A stretch of 64,000 bases of DNA from Klebsormidium nitens (Eukaryota; Plantae; Klebsormidiophyceae): NCBI GenBank assembly GCA_000708835.1, contig DF237002.1:1-64000 (forward strand), in the 5' to 3' direction. Shown here in pieces: positions 47,301 to 59,639 of this stretch (positions are counted from its first letter, which is position 1; each line of letters starts with the position of its first letter). Position numbers and translations under genes: made by a program. The notes under the pieces were generated by a model that was given only the letters and a program-made list of their open reading frames with translations, was not told the origin of the DNA and searched no databases.

Positions 47301-50300
47301 ACTGGGCGGTGGACTACCGCTTGGTGGGGGCGCTGATCGTCCTCTACGGACAGAAGGCGCTCCCCGAGCTTTTCTGGCCGGAGAGCCATTTCACATCAGA
47401 GGAAAGGGCGACCACTCTACAGAGATATCAACCTATAGTGTCGCCCTACGATCTCTCGGCCGATTCGGACGTGCCAGGGACGTTTGAAACGCCGTTGCTG
47501 CAAGGAGAAGAGGGCGATTTTGGCAGGGACCGTACCGCGCAGGAGTACGCGCAGGCGCGGGGTTTGGAGGTTTTGGTCGCCTGCCTGCCCGAGCCGCTGG
47601 ACGCGATCGGGCCGCGCCCCGCGTGCGCGCTCCTCGCGGCCGCGCGTCGCCTGTCGGCCCCATTCGCGCTCCAAGACGAACTAGAGGAGCGGATCAGCGC
47701 GCAGCTGGCGCTTGTCTCGGCCGAGGACCTGATTCTAGTTTCGCGCCCGGGGGAGATCGGCAGCGAGACGGATGTAGAATGGGTGCTCCGGATGGTGGCG
47801 GCGTTCCTGGAGGGCGCGGCTTGGCGAGCGCGCGTGGCGCGCGCGGGCGCCTTTGCGGGAGTGGATACGGGCGAGTCTCAGCCTCCAGAAGAAAAGCGTG
47901 GAGAGAAGGACTCGCAGGAAGCGGTCGAGACCCAAATGGTGATTGATGCTGACGTCATTCAAACGCTTGATCATGTCAGCAGGAGAGTCTCGGAAGGGGA
48001 TGCCACGGCAAAGGCCGCGAGCGATGTCGGAGAGGACGTTCCGGCCGTTGCGAGCGGAGCGACGGAAAGCGCGCCGGATGAGAAGCCCTCGGCGCCGGGG
48101 GGCAAGAAGAACGCCGCGAAGAGACCCCCCTGGGTGTGGGCGAGTCTCCAGACGCGTAGGCGGCCGAACGTGGCGTCACTCTCGCCGGAGAAGTGCGAGA
48201 GCCCGCCGATCGCTGACGTCACCAAGCGCCGGGGACGGGCCTGGCGGTTTCGCGGGCGTAAGGCAGGTGGGTTCGACGTCGAAAACTCGACGGCGGGAAG
48301 CAAGGAGGCCAAAAGCAGCGAGATCGAAACTTCGGGCGCGGCAGTGGAGCAGCAGCTCGACTGGGGACTGCTCAAAGGAGCTTCGCCTCATATTCTGCTG
48401 GCGGAAAGCAGCCTTTCCGGCGGAATCAGCCAGCCTTCTACAGAGCCCAGATCAGAGAAGAGCGCGCCGGAGTCGAGCAGCGTTGAAGAAGGGTCGACGG
48501 AGTTTGCGGAGGCGCAATCAGGCGACCACCTGAGTGCGTCGGCTGCCCCAAAGGTCGCCGGCAAAGTCTGGTATAAGGAGCCGGCGGAAACCTACAGGGG
48601 GCTTCAGCGCTATCCCCGGCTTACTGACGAAGACGAATCGGAGGAGCTTTACGTTCAAGCAATATCAGGGGAGTCTGACACCGCGACCGGAACCCAGCCC
48701 GAGGGGAAAGCCGGCTTCACCGCTTTCTCAGAAGATCACCCCGAGACTGAGTGGGTCGATAACGGCGGTGAAAATAATGTCGCGGTGCCAAGATTGGCGC
48801 CTTTCATTCTTCCGGAGAGCTCTCCCCCTAGATACAGCATCCCGCTCACCTCCATCCAGCTCCCGCGCGCGGGCCCCGGCGCGGCCGCGAGGGAGATTTT
48901 GGAGGGTTTGGAGGCGGCCGCGGCGCCGAGCCGATCGGAGTTAATGGCTCTGAGCGCGATTCTGGACGAGTACCTGAGAACGGTTGCAGAGGATCCGGAA
49001 CTAGATGTGGATGCGTTCTGCGCGCTCGCGACGTGCCTTCCCGGCGACGCTCGCCCGGAGGACGACGGGCTGTACGTCGCCCTGGTCACGTTTCTGACGG
49101 TGAGTCCGACCGGAAGCATTGCTGCATAATAGATCTTTTCTTCCCGGCAATGAATCGAAAACTTTCTGAAGGCCGCGGAGCTGAAATGAGGTCAAGAGTT
49201 TGTTGAACGTGGGAAGGAACGAGTGCGTTCAGAAGCTCATCAGCACCTTCTAAGGATCGTGTCCTAGTCGAACCGTTGCTTGTCTGATTGCGTCGAGCTC
49301 CTTTTCTCACTTGGTAGGTCCGAACATTCGCTCAGGGCTCTAGCATACGAAACAAAAACAAAGGTTTGCAACGAATTGAAGAGGTCTTACACACGTCCTG
49401 CACGTGGGTCTTCAGATTTAAGACCATTCGCGGATCGGTCAACAATCCAAAAGCATTTCAAGCACCCCCGCAGGCGCAGAAAGATCTTCACGTCTCTTCC
49501 TCTCCTTCTGAATCCAGAAACCAAACGCTTTTTCCCCCTCTCCCAGGCCCATCCCACCCTCTCGCAGCGCGACGAGTTTCTGCTCTGCCGCTGCGTGGAT
49601 TGGGCCAAGCTGTCCGAGGCCGCGCGCGAGGACGCGGCCGCGATTGACGTCATCCCCGACCACGCGCGCATGAAGGTCAACCCTCACCCTGATGCCTTGG
49701 GATTTAAAAAGAATATTGCACGCGCCATCTTGATCTGCGAAAGCGGCTCTTTGAACATTGGCTCTGGTGGAGAAGGAAAAACTCCCACGAACTTGTGTAA
49801 CCAGCTTTGCTTGTTCCGTGCAGTGTAGGTTGCGACATGCGGAACAAACTTAGAGTGACAACGGTTGCAACAATCATTGTGTGAAATAAGAATCCAAACG
49901 CATACTTCCTTACGAGCGCAGGTGCTTGTCATCGAGAAACGGAACTTGAAGGAGAAGCTTCTGCGCGCGCTTGCCACGGGGTCGGCGGAGGGGAACCCAA
50001 GCGAGCCACGTCTCAAGATTTGGGAGCAATCAGATGAGGTGACCAAAGGGTGTCATCTGCGCTGCAAACCAGTCTACCCAAGCTTGTGCTGGCATCAGCC
50101 GCGCAAACATTCCGGTTCTCAAGACGTCCTCAAAGCACGTGAATGATGTATCTGGTTGTCTTGGGGTGACTTTACCTGCTTTGAACAGGGCGTAGACCGA
50201 CGTTAAAGAGATCCGGAGTCGTAAAATTTTTGCATGTGGAAAGCCATTGCAAAACTGGAGAATTGTAAGCGTTACGTAAACACCTTTGTCTTTCGTCTCT

Positions 50301-51404
50301 TTGCACCTTTTCAGTGTCCAAGTAGCCGTTTGAGAATTCTAACTCTTCACGATCGCCGCTTCGATCGTTGTCTATGGCTTGCCTTGAACCCTCAATATAT
50401 TTAAGATGACACTGTTCCCGCCCCCCTCCCAGCTGCGCTTCTTGGATCTGCGAACTGCGGCGGCTGAGGCCTTGTACAACGACATGAATCCATCCCTTTT
50501 GGCCATTCAGGCAAGCACCGATGCTGCCTTCTCAAGCCTTGCCGCTCTTAGAAAGATGCTCTTGACTGGTTGCACAGAGAGAGCGCAGCCGGAAGAAGGA
50601 CTTATCTCTTCAAAACATCTGTGAAATGTAGTTTCTTCTCGATCAAGATTTACCAGCCATGGCCAGGCGGGAGTACAAAATCGATGTCCACCGGACATGA
50701 GGCATTGAATATACAGAGTCTCAGCCAATCTGTTAGGAGCCTTTCGCAGCTTCAAACCGACACGAGACGCTTGTCTTTGAACACGTGGGTTCAGGGTTTG
50801 GCCGCGGCGACAGAAGCGGCGGGCGGCCCCGGGCTGCGCGTCGTCAAAGAGTGCGCGGAGCTGAAGCGCGAGCACCAGCGCCTCGCGATCGAGGTGAGAA
50901 ATGCCGCGCCCCTGTTCTGCTCGTCTAGTCTAGTAGATAGTAGGTAGTATAGTCTCTCATCATTCGTGTATGTGCCTTCAAGACCGCTTTTCGGCTCAAG
51001 AATATCATTCTCCATGTGTGCCGCATTTGTATGGTGATTCCCTTTATCGGGGCGCATTTCTGGGCTCTGCGCTTTCCCATGGGTTTGGCTTTCTTGTCAC
51101 CTCTATCAGGCACAGCAAAGTCTCCGAAAAAGGGAAACGCATCGCGATTTTTTCAACGTTTTTCAATGAGATAGAAAGCCTGCGGTGGCCGAGACCGCCC
51201 CGACTGTGACGTTCGTTCCGTTCCACTAAGGTTGTCTCTCCTTTCTCTTTTCTGCAGGGGGCACTGGTGAAGATGCGGCTCGCGGAACTAGAGCGAGATC
51301 ATTTTGAGCTCATTCAGGAACGGAGCCAACGGCTCGGCGGCTTCTTGGGCTGCTTCGGGTGTACGCGCAGGTCGGCTGATGTCAGCAAGTTGGACGAAGA
51401 ATAA
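44339..51404 (+). CDS. NRL: BTB/POZ-NPH3 (NPH3/RPT2-like) protein, 9 exons, about 1251 aa
   Basis: Exons 44339-45067, 45516-45652, 46198-46411, 46994-49099, 49547-49675, 49922-50038, 50433-50510 (GC donor), 50795-50893, 51258-51404. BTB motifs SDLTVQV..FQLHK..ARSG, LPGG..TFELVVRFCYG, LRYAAAYLEMTEE. NPH3 motifs LDEYL..LPGDARPEDDGLY, AHPTLS..LC..KLSEAA. C-terminal coiled coil KMRLAELE. Confidence 0.93.
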
Positions 51405-52577
51405 CGGCTGCGGGCGCAAGCAAGCGCCCTAGATAGCTGGCTGTAGCTTAATAGGAAGATATGTGCACTTAGGCAATGTGAGGGTTTCTGATCATACATG
51501 GATTTGCAAACTTGTCTTAGACAGCGAATTGGCATTCAACAGACTTCCCAAAAACCAGAAACCTGCCGTAGACGCGTTGTTTCAATTGTTTGGCTAGCTA
51601 GTCACCGCGGTTTTCAAGATTAACGGCAAGTTGGACTGCCCATCATTTTCAATACTAGGCATTCACATACATTCCATTATCGGAGTAATGATGATGTTCT
51701 GCGCAAAACTTATCTCAAGTTAATGGTAAAACTCTGGTGGTCTCATCCTTTCTGTCGAAGAGCTAGATCAATCAGCCTTATTAGTTCACCATCTTGCAAT
51801 ACTTTCAATCATGCATGCAATTGAATTCCTCCTTCAACCGACGTATCTGAGACTCACTTTCAAACGGGTGCCTGCAAGCAACATGTTGATTGCACATTAC
51901 CAACGAGGTTCGCCATGCCAGTACATGATGCAAGATTTTTGGATTTCATAACGGGGAGCGTTAAAACGACTTTCCATAACCAGAGTTGCATTGGCACTCT
52001 TTGAAGTATACGCACGATGCACTATGGAACGGAGACGGTGCCCAGACGGTGCGCCCCAGGGTACTCGCGCCAGCCTGGCCGGGGCGCCTAAGCGCGGACG
52101 CGGCCGCGCGTCTGCACGGGAGCGCGCGCGCGAGGCCGCGCTTGACAGCGCTTGAAGCTGCTGCATGGGTCTCGACGAGCCAGATTCAGTGGAAGCTGAA
52201 AGCTCGGAAAAGGCATTTCGAAGGATGACGATGCGCGCTTTGTCACGAGGCTACATTGGGCACTCTTAACATGTTGTGCTCTTGAATTCAGAGCGACACA
52301 GACAAATGTATTGGACGAACGAAAGTGGAACTTGGTATTTGAAGGTGTTAGAGACGAATCAGGCTCACTTTATGGTTTTAAAAGACCACCACCTCCAAAG
52401 GCGCTCGGCGCGCGAGTTTCTAATGCATCTGATCTCCTGCGACGGAACCATCTTCTTTGCTTCGTGGCTTAAGCACCTCTCCCTGATTTGCCTATAAACT
52501 CACGCATTGCCAGAACTCTGCGCAAGCAGTCAGGAGCCACCAGAAGAGGCATTCCAACGGCATTCTTCCAAGCAGAG

Positions 52578-55053
52578 ATGGCGTCCCAGGAGCGCTTTGC
52601 GAGTGGCTCCGGAAGCTACCAGAGCGCGCGCACGAAGGGCAAGACCATCACGGTGATTGCCGCTGAGGACGAGGTCATGCAGGCGGTTGTGGAAGAGGGA
52701 GGGGTGAGCTGGCCCAATCATATGCTGACACGTGTTATTTGTCTCTGAGAATAATGTAGCCCCTCTCTTTCTCCTCGGTGCCCACCTTCCTCCGCCTGCA
52801 TTGTCCACAGGTAGCTGCTCTGCTTGACTGCTCATTATTGGTGGAACTCTTACAGCTTCATTTCCTGTCTGAGCTTCCAGGCTGTGCGTTCGTGTTTGCA
52901 TGCCCCAGTAATGGAAGATAGATGCTGGTGCTCTGTGCGGCAATCCGAGTCCTTGTTGAGAGACAGTGGAATCTGAGACTAAGATTTGGTTTCAGACAGA
53001 ATAAGGAGGCATAATCCCATGTGATGGCAAGATCCAAATCTAGCAGCCATTTTGCTCGATAGGCATAGCAAAAGTCCTATTATCCTCTCATCCAACAAAG
53101 AACCTTCACACTATGGAAGGGTGTGTTTTTGTAATTCTATGTGGGTTTCGTAGCACACTGGACTCCAGCAAAACAAAATAACCTTTCCCCGCCAGAACCC
53201 TATGACGATACTCCATCCACTGCATCGAGACTGAGACTCCACATTTTCATCCTGTCTCCGCTTTTCGAAATCTAGCAGAAAGTGGAGACAGAAGACCGGG
53301 TTGATTGGGCTCGTCTCTCAGAGGTGTTTTTCTTTCAGATGCAAAGCGAGGACTTCCAAGGGGAAAAGATGCAGGAGATCCAGGCCCTCGCGGTGGAGTA
53401 TGAGACAGCGGAGATCCTGAAGGTAAGATATATTCGATCGGTTGACCAAATTCAGTCCGAGCTCTTTGACGGGCTTGGGGCAGTCCCTCAAGGAGACGAG
53501 GCACGACTTCTAACAGCGGTGTCTCACCGTGACGTGAATTAATTAGGAACTGCGTCAGTACGAAAGCAGCTGGAATACTCTCGGAAGCAACAGGAATCCT
53601 GTAATAGGTTGTCGAAGCAGAATCGAGTCAACTCGTTCGCTCAGGATCTCGAAGAGACCAATTCCGAGTGGCCCACGGCACTCGGAGTTTCTCCGGACTT
53701 CAACGACGCACTCTCAGCTTTTGAGCGTGCATCATATGACAGCCCGCAGTTGCATTTCAATCATGATGTATTCTGCCTTGGTTGCAAAATCGAATCGTCT
53801 TCTTCCAACCACCCCCGTCGTTCGGATGCAGAATTGGGCGTCTTTTTTAGTTTTGTTCTTGGGTTTCAAGGCAACAGCCCTTCTTACTCGCTTCGCCCCC
53901 ACAAAACCAGAACTGACTTGCACCCGTTCTGGCATTCGGTTGTGACGCAGGCGGAAGCGACCCTGCGGAATCTGTACGCGGAAGCCGTCGCGCGCGAGCG
54001 CGAGGCGCAGATCGAGGCCGCGGAAGAGGAGACGCGCGTGCTGGAGGAGGTCGAGCGGATGATCAACGAGGTCAGACGCCACGTGGCACAAGCGCAACCT
54101 TGCGGAGCTGTCATTCGTGGTTCTTCAAATCTTTTGTGCTTAAAGAAGCCATGATGAAGAGCCCTTTCGCCCTCGTGGTTTTCGAATGGCCTTTTGGTCC
54201 TGCAAATGCCGACATGTTATTCGAGTCCAAGTAGGAACTGGTCTGAGCACATTGACTCTGGTGGGTCAAGCGCCATCATTTGCGGTTTCCGATCTATCGC
54301 GTCGGTAAATTTTCCGTGGTCGTACCCCGCTTTTATAAGCAGCCCGCATGTATCATGGGTGAGCGGACCAATGCGCGAAAGGAGAAAGTCCAGAACAATC
54401 TGGAGACGCACGGATCCCTCCTAGGGGAGATTTGATTTCACAAGTGCGGTCTCATCTGTTCAGGCGCGCGAGAAGAAGGTGGATTTCCAGCGGCGCACGC
54501 ACGAAGAGGCCAAGGAGAAAGTGCGCGAGGCGCAGGCAACCCGCGAGAGGGAAATCGCCGCGGGTAAGACGCCCGCGGAACTGTCCTCTTTCATATGCTG
54601 CGACTGCGCCGGAGTTACTCATCATTCTGACACGTGGTTTCGTTTACGAGGGGTCGAAGCCAGCCGGCGCTTAATTGAAGGAGAAGGAAAGGGATGAAGT
54701 GGAGAAGTACAAGGTTCGTCATTTGGGCCGCCAGACTTTGGGAGTCCGGTCCGCTTTTCATACTTCATTTTCAGACTCACCTTGCCGACCGACCGCCTTC
54801 GCAGACCAGCTTTGCTTCAAATCTGACTGTCTTAATGCAGAGCGCGTCTGACGAGACAGCGATCTTAAACGCAGACCCAAAAGCTGGAAACCTTTTGCTG
54901 AGCGGATTGTCTGTGCGCGCTCACCTTGCAGCTCAGCGGCGGGCGAACGAGCTGGTGTCGAGCGTCCTCAAAAACCGGCCCCTCATCTGGGAGGAGCCGC
55001 CGACTATGCAAGAACAGGCGTCGGACCAGCCGAGCCCACGTTCGGGGGCGTAA
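52578..55053 (+). CDS. Coiled-coil protein, possibly a divergent clathrin light chain-like protein, 5 exons, 183 aa
   Basis: Exons 52578-52703, 53339-53422, 53951-54070, 54464-54563, 54932-55053, GT-AG, phases consistent. Charged helix REAQIEAAEEETRVLEEVERMINEAREKKVDFQRR...ATRERE...KNRPLIWE. Gene structure is solid; the CLC identity is tentative. Confidence 0.75.
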
Positions 55054-56011
55054 CGATCGGCTTAATAACAGAAAATCGCTTTAATTGTCATGGAAAAGTT
55101 AAGGCTAGAAACTTGTTGCTGCTCTTGAGTAGCTGTCGGCATGGGCGCCCGGCCTTCCATGTATGTATTACGTTGAAAGAAGTTGAAACTTCTCGGGCAG
55201 AGAAGATCATTGAGCCCCGCCAATATGCTCAATATGCTTTGCCACTTCTCGAGCGAAATGAAGATTGGGAAATAGCGTAACGGTTGTTGCCGATACTGAC
55301 ATCACACAATTTCAGCTTGATTCACTGAAGTTTGCCGAGGTCTGATTACCTCCGCTGTCCTTGTATCATGTTTAGCTATATTCTGCCCTGCAGATAAGAG
55401 ACGGCAGAAAGTTTCATTTGACTATGGCAAGCAGTATGCCTGCGATCGTGGAAAGCACACGTGTGTTCATCCAGTCTTGATGATCTCGACACTGAGTATA
55501 CCCAAATGCCTGCATCATGCATTCTCATCGAATAACATGGAAGCCTGTCATTATTCAACCATGCAGCCAGTGGATCAAGATTCAACAATCAAACCAATAG
55601 AATCATCGTTAGGGGACTTTAGCACTTGTTGATGCGGATGTCAATGTGGATCATCAGCACATCAGCACATTAGCAACGACAAGATGCACTAGTCTTTAGC
55701 AATTGCACAAACATGAAAAGGCAAGACTCAGAAGCGCAAGAACATTCTAGCCGTGCAATTTGGCCCGGCGTACTGCTACCAAAAGTGACAGCGGTACGTA
55801 CTGTCAGTTGTATGGCTTCAAAGTGTGCGACTGCCTATATCAAGTGCACTTTTGGCCGTACTCAAAGCTGCTGCTTCGTATTTCATAAAAGCAGCCCAGT
55901 CTTCTTTTAACACCCATTGCAATTTCCGCGGAATTTCTGCACGCCACTTGATTGTACTCATGACTAGACGTCTGTGCGTCGAACTTATTATGTAGATATT
56001 TGCAATGATCC

Positions 56012-59007
56012 TCATCTGTTGTTTTTGACTCGCTTTCCCTTCTCGCCTTTACTACTTGCCCCCTGCCTTGCTATTTTGCACTCTGTTTTGTGGCCGTTTT
56101 TCCAATGGACCATCTGCAAACAGAAAAGAATGATTCAGAGAAGCATTGAGCAATGCATAGGCATTTCCCCATGACTATCAAACATAGGGCTGGCCAATAA
56201 TTACGAACAACACGTCGAATCATCGAGACTCTCATACTTCGAGGTCCTTCTGATTACTCTCAGAGAAGTACTTCGCACTGCATAGTCTCAAATTTTGACT
56301 TTTAGGCTTCAGCGACTGATCTTCGAACAGCCTCATTTCCCGGAATCCCTTTCCTCAGCCTCTTATTATCCCCCACGATTGGGCATGAAGAAATTTGACG
56401 TCGAGTTTGATGCTTAAAGTACAGCTATCTCCAGGAAACGGTCAATTTAGTGGGAACGGTCAAGCTTCACGGAGGTTCTCCTACTCACTTGGCATTCGCG
56501 CGAGCAGTATTGTGCTCCGCCGCACGCGCCGCACGCCTTGAACGTCTTCTGGCGGACCTCAACCACCCCGGCCACGCACGCCTGCAGAAGAAACGGAGAG
56601 CGGTCGATTCGTATGCAGAAGAGGACACTGCCGTTGGTTAAGTTGTGCTTGTGATCGTTCAGTACGCATCCGAACAATGATTGGCAGAAGCAGAGAACTT
56701 TCGAAGGGGGTCAGTTTCGTATGGCTAACTGAACACGAGAAGCCTCGTCGCGGATCTCGAAGAAGGGTTTCGAACCTTTCAAATTATCAAACTACAGTTC
56801 GCAGCGCTGTTTTTCCCTTACCAGATTCCAGATGACAAGGGCTTTGCGAGCTTTAGTTGCGCTGAAAATTCCATTCGAAGAGGTGGAAAAATCGAGCCTC
56901 AAGCTGATGATCCTCGTGTTGCAGCCCAAAATAGTGACCGTTCGTAGGACTCCATTGCAGAGGCAGTCGTGCAATAGCGTACGGATCGAGAGACACACTG
57001 GCACCAATCCCTACCGGCTACTCTTGCAAGCCTTCAGTGAAAACGTACCCGATTGCTGCACTCTTTGAGGTTAAACTGCTCCGCATACGCCGCCCAGATC
57101 TCCCGGGCGATCTCGTCCTGGGGGAGAATTTCCCCGACCCGCTCCTTCATTTCTCGCGCGCGTTCGGCTGCGCTTCCCCCGGACGCGTTCATACTCTTTG
57201 CAGCGCCCGCTAATAGCGCCCGGGAATCGCGGAGAGTTCCCTGACACACCACGATCCCGCCGTTGCCAGCCGTCTCCATCAGCAGCTTCTCTCTCGACGC
57301 TCTCTTATACTTGCACTTATCAAAAGCGCACTTGAAGACGACCACAAGGGGCCCGAACACGCCCATCCACTGACGGATCTCCTCCGGCGTCACAAGTTCC
57401 TGGCGGGAAAGAGGATTCTCGAGGAAATGTCGTCCAAATTCTTGCGTTAAGCTAGAGCACACGACTTCCAGAAGCCGCGTCACGTGCCCGATGCGGGGGA
57501 CAATCAGCTCAAGTATTTCAGGGCATTCGATGACGATCCGCCGTACAATCTCCGCGACGTCTTGCACGCGGTCCTCCGGTGTGAATGGGGTCAAGCACGC
57601 CTCGTGAAGCACCCGCAGCGCCTGGTCCACGAGCCTTTTCACATCGCCCGCGGGCAGCAAGCCCGACACGTGTCCAACGGCCTCGCGGTCCCTCGGGTTG
57701 AAGCCGAACTGCCGCCCGACCTGGGCCTCGTGCGCGCACACCACCTCCGGGTCGATCCAGGTGCGCGCGCCGAATACCGCGGCCGTGAGGTGCCACGCCA
57801 AGCTGGCCGCGGGCTTTGCGAGGTACAGGAAGCTCACCCCAGCGAGCGCGCGCGCGTACTCGCGCCGCGTGGCGGCCGCGTCGCCGCCATAGTTGAAGCA
57901 GAAAATGAGGAGCTCCAGTATGCGTATGTGGCCCGGGGGGTCGAGAACCGAGAGTGCGGGCTTGAGGATGCTCGCAATCGCGGCGCCCGCTATGTCGAAG
58001 ACGGCGACTGGGAGCGTTCCTTCGGAAGCCCCGACCGCCAGAAACGAAGACAGACACATCGCCACGTGCCGCATTCGCTCCTGCGCCTTGGGGTTTGATG
58101 ACCGGGGCTTTTTGGCAGCTCTGCTGACCTCAGCAACGAAAGAGTCTCGCAGAACCGGGATCACGTTTGGAGCCTTTCTGAGGAGCTTTCTAAAGTCGTC
58201 ACACACCAGCATAACTAGACTGATCACGAATTCGTCTAGCAGATCAACCGGAGCATTCGCACCGGCCAACCGAACTGCTTCCAGCACTTGGATGACGGTT
58301 TCAAGATTGGACGGCTCCAAAGCGGGGGGGGTACCCTTCTCCTTTCGGATGTGATTCCGCACTTTGCCAAGGAAGATCTCCGCGTTTCCTTTCGCGGAAT
58401 CGTCTAGCAGAGGCTTTAACTCCTGGACCGACCTGTGCAACTCGTCGAACTCGGCCCCTCTTAGCAGACCGGGAGAGAGCTTCATCGCCTCGTCGCACAG
58501 CCCGTTCAGTTGGTACAGAAGGCTTCGTGCGGTCACTCGCATCTCCCGGTTCTCCGGAGGGCGCGCGGGGAACTTCTTCAGCTGGTCGGTGAGCAGATCG
58601 AAGAACCGGGTCAGCCACGGAATCAGCCCGGCCGCCGCGCCGCTGCGCAGAACGTTCTTCACCATCTGGGGGGTGTCCACGAAATGATCAAACACTCCCA
58701 TTGTGACGGCCGCCAAGTGCGCAAACAGACTGGCACGCGCGCCCTCGGCCGCCCGGGGGGGAGCCCCGGGGAACGGGAAGAATGACGTCAGCAGCGGGAG
58801 GTACTCGTGGCGGAAAGCGCGTTCCGCGAATTCAGGGCTGTGACCCAGCAGGTTCATCAGGGTCTTCATGTACAGCAGGCAACCTTGCAAGGCCGATGCT
58901 TCCTTTTGAGAGACGGTTGGGCTATGAGAGAGGTTTCTGAGGGCGACGCGAAAGAGCAGCGAGCCGAGTTGCTGCAGCGTTTCGACCGCCGTGCTGCAGG
59001 ATGCAAT
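56012..59007 (-). CDS. Helical (ARM/HEAT-like) protein with C-terminal MYND zinc finger, at least 717 aa; 5' exons unresolved (probably extends to about 59579)
   Basis: Exons 59007-57049, 56581-56489, 56113-56012. Spliced finger ECSNRAC...KACGACGGAQYCSRECQMVHWKNGHKTEC has the full MYND Cys/His pattern. A Leu-rich in-register segment at about 59579-59380 is a likely upstream exon. Confidence 0.85.
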
Positions 59008-59639
59008 CTGCAAAGACAAATATAAGACAACGTTTAGGAGATTGCTTGCTCCGGCGCTTATGCTTGTCTCAATCGATCAAGGGTTTGACGAAGTCTATGC
59101 AGATTCTTAATGAAGCGGGTACAGTAGATGCAGTGCATCACTGTGTAATGCATACTTCAAGAAACATCTTGTGTAGGTACATGAGAGATAGACAGTACAC
59201 AAAACAACCCACGTGCAAAGGCAGGATCAGAGCAGAGTCGTTTTTGATTATGTTGCTTCATACAAACTGCCCTACCTCACTTCACCGTGGGGACATGATG
59301 AGCTGCAGAGCGGTCCTGCCATGCTTCCAAGCTTCTGCCCTCAGCTCATCTTGACATAACCTAGTCAGTACTTCCAATACCGATTGACGAACATGGATTC
59401 TTATCTGCCTTGCAAAGCCAGGGGCGCGCGTAACCCTACAGATGGCATCCAGCATGAGGAGGCAGTCGTCGCCCTCCAAAAGGACGGTCAGGATGCCGCG
59501 TACCACTTCTTCGTTCTTGAGCAGCTTGGACAACTGGAGGAAGGACATGGACACAAGGATTTGGTGTTCCGCAAAGCTGAGCGTGTGGTGGGATGAAGAA
59601 CCAGTCTTCTTGTCAGCATAGATTTGAGCAGTGAACGTT

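Noticed and set aside
54681-54713. Micro-exon candidate EKERDEVEKYK in the coiled-coil gene
   Set aside because: Not phase-compatible with the upstream phase-1 donor.
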